Made by a program: the position numbers and the translations under genes. The notes under the pieces are model-generated. The model did no database searches. It was not told where the DNA came from and saw nothing but the letters and a program-made list of their open reading frames with translations. DNA of 64,000 nucleotides, from NCBI GenBank assembly GCA_963840855.1, contig CAWJBB010000027.1, forward strand, positions 64,001 through 128,000, read 5' to 3'. Origin of the DNA: an uncultured delta proteobacterium. Lineage in GTDB: Bacteria > Desulfobacterota > Binatia > UBA9968. Shown here in pieces: positions 60,536 to 64,000 of this stretch; the first letter of the stretch is position 1; every line of letters begins with the position of its first letter.

Positions 60536-61609
60536 CTAAGCCGCGGCGACTAGATTCCTATAATGTCCCGCTTTCGAAATCGGCGCCAACCCGGTGAGAA
60601 TTGTCTTCCAGCTATCACCGAGATCTTCGCTAGAGAAAATTTCTCCCGCAGTCGTCGCGGCGAAAATCGCCGTCGCGTTCCCCGCTTCTTCGAGGCAAAA
60701 AGCTTCGATGCTGGCTTGCAGCCGGTCCGGCAAGCCGTTTTTCAGAATCTCCCAACTGCGCCCGCCGTCCTTGCTGCGCGAGATGCGCGTGCCGGCGAAG
60801 TGCGTCGTGCGCCAGGTGCCGGGAGCGTCGTGCGCCGCGGTCATAAACATGAGCTTGGGATCCGATGGGCGGTATACGAAACCATCCGGGTAACCGCCGA
60901 TTTCATTTTCGCGTCCTGTCCATTGTTCCCACTTGGCGCCGCCTTCAGGACCGACGTAAAGCCCTCTGCCGGTAACCGCATACAAGAATTTGGGCCCGGT
61001 GGGATGAATCATCAAGCGGTGAACATCTTCGTACAGGCTCGGGAACTCTACCCAATGCTCCCCGCCGTCCGTGCTTTTCAAAAGCCCGCCGACCTCCACC
61101 GCCGCGTATATCGTCATCGGATCATCCGGATCGAAGTTGATATGTTTGACGTGGCCGATGTGCGGTGGGGCGGGAAAGCTCCACTTGGGCACACTGGGTA
61201 CTGAACGCAGGGACGGAATTTCGTTCCAGTTAAGACCGAGATCGTCGCTCACAAACAGGTGCGCCGGCTCGGTGCCCGCAAACACCCGGACCCGCCCATT
61301 GATACGCCGCGCCGCCAAAGAGTAGACATCGTTCTGCGTTAATCCATTCCCTCTCGGCTCCCACGTTCTACCGTCGTCGGCGCTGACGTGGATTCCGCCG
61401 TGAAAAGCGCCGGCGAACGTCAAGCCGCTTTCAGGCTCTTTGATAATCGCGCTGATATGCTTGTCGGTGATCGCGCGGTGCGCAACTCGCCACGCCGAGC
61501 CGTCCCGCGCGATGATTGCGACGCCTTCGCGCGTTCCGACTAAGACTTCTTTTGAAAGGTACGGGGAGGAGTAAATCGTCGTGCCGCCGTGGGATAATCC
61601 AATCGCCAT
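60536..61609 (-). CDS. BNR/Asp-box beta-propeller protein
   Basis: SADDGRTW, SDDLGLNW, STDGGEHW, SKDGGRSW, SEDLGDSW. Confidence 0.85.
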   Translation of the reverse strand: MAIGLSHGGTTIYSSPYLSKEVLVGTREGVAIIARDGSAWRVAHRAITDKHISAIIKEPESGLTFAGAFHGGIHVSADDGRTWEPRGNGLTQNDVYSLAARRINGRVRVFAGTEPAHLFVSDDLGLNWNEIPSLRSVPSVPKWSFPAPPHIGHVKHINFDPDDPMTIYAAVEVGGLLKSTDGGEHWVEFPSLYEDVHRLMIHPTGPKFLYAVTGRGLYVGPEGGAKWEQWTGRENEIGGYPDGFVYRPSDPKLMFMTAAHDAPGTWRTTHFAGTRISRSKDGGRSWEILKNGLPDRLQASIEAFCLEEAGNATAIFAATTAGEIFSSEDLGDSWKTILTGLAPISKAGHYRNLVAAA

Positions 61610-61684
61610 TGTCTGGTCCTCCTTATATGCAATTTAGTAACTAGCGAATTCGCTGCGAACGCTTCTCATTTCACTTTTTGCCTG

Positions 61685-61831
61685 TCAACCTGAATTGAAT
61701 GGGCTGAACGGGGCTGGGGCTGATCCCATGCCAATGCGGAGCGTAAGTTCGCTGGATTTTGACTCCCCGGCGGCGGCGAGATCGAATGAACACGATAGCA
61801 AGGCAGCGGCAATTACGAGTGCTCGCGCCAT
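61685..61831 (-). pseudogene. Possible N-terminal remnant of a substrate-binding protein
   Basis: MARALVIAAALLSCSFDLAAAGE..TLRIGMGSAPAP, then a stop codon. Confidence 0.4.
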
Positions 61832-61943
61832 CGTTCGCCGCCGTGCCGGCCAGCGCGCTACACTCGTTACGGCTCCAACGGGGTGCCGAAAAACCCTAAG
61901 TAGACCCTTCGTGAACGTCAGAGTCTGTGCTGAGCCATCGACG

Positions 61944-62264
61944 CTATTTTCCGGGGCGCGCCTCGGCATAGCGCAACACCTTACCGCCCTTGGGCGCCCG
62001 GGTCGGACCATAGGGCGTGTCTTTTTCGATATAGATGCACGAGCCGGCGTTGTAGACAGTGCCGCCGATTTCAATCTCCCCTTCAAGCACATAGAACATC
62101 TCATGGAAAGGATGGCTATGCACCGGTATATCCGTATCCGGTCCCCAGTGACGGATCATCATTTCCGGACTTGCTCCGTGCTTGCCCACATGCAGCCACT
62201 TGGTATATCCACGACCGCTCTTGGCCATCTCGACGTCGTTTTCGTTCACTACATGAATCGCCAT
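61944..62264 (-). CDS. Cupin-domain protein
   Basis: PVHSHPFHEMFYVLEGE, G..IYI..TPYG. Confidence 0.85.
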   Translation of the reverse strand: MAIHVVNENDVEMAKSGRGYTKWLHVGKHGASPEMMIRHWGPDTDIPVHSHPFHEMFYVLEGEIEIGGTVYNAGSCIYIEKDTPYGPTRAPKGGKVLRYAEARPGK

Positions 62265-62286
62265 AAAACCTCCAAGTTAAGATTTC

Positions 62287-63510
62287 TTATCCCACCGCCG
62301 CGCTGGCAGCCAAATTGAATTCGCTCTCGGGCACCCACTTCTCATAAGCGGGGATCAAGATGATCTTGTTCTTCTCCGCGTCCCTGACAACACACTTGGG
62401 ATCTTCGCCGCGTCTGACTTTTTCAATTTCGCTCAGATACATCTTGCGCAGCTTGATGATCCCTTCATCAATGCGCGGGCCGAGATTCTCGTTCTCCCGA
62501 TCCGCAATCGCCGGCATGCTGTCCACCACCATGCCATCTTCGATGAAGTGGAGCGGCGGGACCGGGTAACCAAGCTCAGGATCGTCGGAAGTCCGATACT
62601 CTTTGTAGGGCTCGATGAAATTCGGTTCGGGTTTCCAACGTTTGCTGAACGGATCGCCATCGTACTTGCCGGGGTTGTCCGCCGGCTTGAAGCGCACGCG
62701 CATAAGCAGCGTATGCGTGTCATCGATGGGCACGCTCCAACGCGCCGCGGACACCGGCGTGCCGCCCTTGCCTCCCGCGAGATATCTGCCACCGCTGCCG
62801 CCGCAGCTCACGCCCGGCATCAGCAGATGGTGTTCGCGATAGTTCAACATCCCGGGTTCTTTGGTCTTGCGATAGGCTTTATAGACCAGTCCCCATTCGG
62901 TTTCGTGAAAGCCTAAATCTGGCTCCGTGCTCATGATGTCCGGCCACGCCCCGCCATGCGTAAAACTCGGATGCACCGGGTCCATGCCGTTCTCAACGCA
63001 CTGCAGCCAATTGCAGTTCTGAAATCCTTGAATCGTGATGTAGGCCTCGCCGTCCCCGACGAGAAAGTTGTAGCGCGGCACCAAAGGGGCGGGCTGCGGT
63101 CCAAAGTAGGCGAAGATTAAACCGCCGAGTTCTTCGATCGGATACGACGGCAAGCGAATCGATTCTTTTTTCAACTCGCTATCGGGAAATTCGCCGGGCA
63201 TCTGCACACACTTGCCTTCGGTGTCGTAAAGCCAGCCGTGATAGCGGCAGCGCACCCCGTCGCGCTCGATGTCGCCGATGCAAAGATTAGCGCGCCGATG
63301 GGCGCAATAGGCGCCGATGAGCCCGACTTTCCCTTTGCCGTCGCGGAATAGCACCAGGTCTTCGCCCAAGACACGAACAAAAGTCGGCTTCATCTTGAGA
63401 TGCGCCGAGATCCCGATGGGCCACCAGTAGCGGCGGAGAAACTCGCCCATCGGCGTGCCGCGCCCGGTTCTCGTTAGAATTTCATTTTCTTCCCGGCTGG
63501 TTCTATACAT
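62287..63510 (-). CDS. Rieske non-heme iron oxygenase (phthalate dioxygenase / LigX-like)
   Basis: GTPMGEFLRRYW, CAH..CRYHGW, ENGMDPVH...HG. Confidence 0.9.
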   Translation of the reverse strand: MYRTSREENEILTRTGRGTPMGEFLRRYWWPIGISAHLKMKPTFVRVLGEDLVLFRDGKGKVGLIGAYCAHRRANLCIGDIERDGVRCRYHGWLYDTEGKCVQMPGEFPDSELKKESIRLPSYPIEELGGLIFAYFGPQPAPLVPRYNFLVGDGEAYITIQGFQNCNWLQCVENGMDPVHPSFTHGGAWPDIMSTEPDLGFHETEWGLVYKAYRKTKEPGMLNYREHHLLMPGVSCGGSGGRYLAGGKGGTPVSAARWSVPIDDTHTLLMRVRFKPADNPGKYDGDPFSKRWKPEPNFIEPYKEYRTSDDPELGYPVPPLHFIEDGMVVDSMPAIADRENENLGPRIDEGIIKLRKMYLSEIEKVRRGEDPKCVVRDAEKNKIILIPAYEKWVPESEFNLAASAAVG

Positions 63511-63527
63511 GCAAATACCTCGAATTA

Positions 63528-63676
63528 TTTAACCACAAGGAGAGAAGAAAAAAAATTCACCACGAAGGCACGAAGTTCACGAAGTTTAAGAATATAAAAC
63601 ATCCGAACCCTTCGTGTCCTTCGTGCCTTCGTGGTGGGTCCCCATTTTTGCGCCCTTTGTTCTCTTTGTGGTTAAA
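63528..63676. repeat. Nested inverted periodic repeat (outer TTTAACCACAA, inner CACGAAG x3)
   Basis: caccacgaaggcacgaagttcacgaag / cttcgtgtccttcgtgccttcgtggtg within tttaaccacaa / ttgtggttaaa. Confidence 0.85.
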
Positions 63677-63684
63677 TTCTTGTC

Positions 63685-64000
63685 TTAATGCGCCAAGATT
63701 TTTTTCATCCCTTCGATCACCTCGGGCGGTTGGACGACGACTCTCTTTGCGATCGCTTCCAGTTCTTGGCCACTGACGGGTTCGAGTTCCCAGTTGCGTT
63801 TCTGCGCTTCGATTACGAATTCGGGATCGGCCAGCGCTTTCATGAAACCATCGCGCAACGTCGCAACCCGGTCCGGCGCCATGCCTGGCGGCGCGATTAA
63901 TGGCCGGCCGATGGCATCGGGCGCCATGAGCACCGTCGCCAAACGGCGCGTTATTTCCGTGGCTTGGCGCTTTTCTAGAATTTCATTGACGGTGGGCACC
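63685..64000 (-). CDS. Bug/TctC-family substrate-binding protein, C-terminal part (window edge)
   Basis: GRPLIAPPGMAPDRVATLR..F...DP.F. Confidence 0.75.
   Translation of the reverse strand, partial: VPTVNEILEKRQATEITRRLATVLMAPDAIGRPLIAPPGMAPDRVATLRDGFMKALADPEFVIEAQKRNWELEPVSGQELEAIAKRVVVQPPEVIEGMKKILAH

Overview
GC-rich bacterial chromosomal window. Gene content and order suggest a deltaproteobacteria-like organism, possibly Ca. Binatota; this is inference. Several single-base frameshifts fall in conserved genes (glmM, gcvT, an ABC permease), so the assembly probably carries indel errors. The window holds five blocks. (1) ABC transporter and MmgE/PrpD genes, then a SAM-I riboswitch ahead of a MoeB / sulfur-carrier / cysteine-synthase operon. 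(2) An ECF sigma/anti-sigma pair, tatA, a TonB-family gene, gcvT-H-PA-PB and folD. (3) Aromatic/redox catabolic genes: hydrolase, LigAB, an LLM oxidoreductase and an atypical SdhA/B-like pair. (4) The housekeeping run tilS-ftsH-folP-cdaA-cdaR-glmM-pdxJ-nnr-tsaE-lysC-cimA-cysE-mnmA-mtaB-rnc. (5) Further transport and catabolic genes. The most unusual region is an island at about 39.8-48.5 kb. It encodes an ECF sigma, a zinc anti-sigma, an adenylate cyclase-CHAT-TM-DUF4384 fusion, an exported caspase-like protein and a VapBC module. The caspase gene's C-terminal domain is duplicated. The two copies differ mostly by replacement changes, including a same-length 16-codon hypervariable loop that varies mainly at codon positions 1-2. 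A second pervasive signal is a family of intergenic hairpins built from inverted 7-, 8- or 9-nt periodic repeats. Two homologous pairs of these bracket accessory gene blocks as direct repeats.
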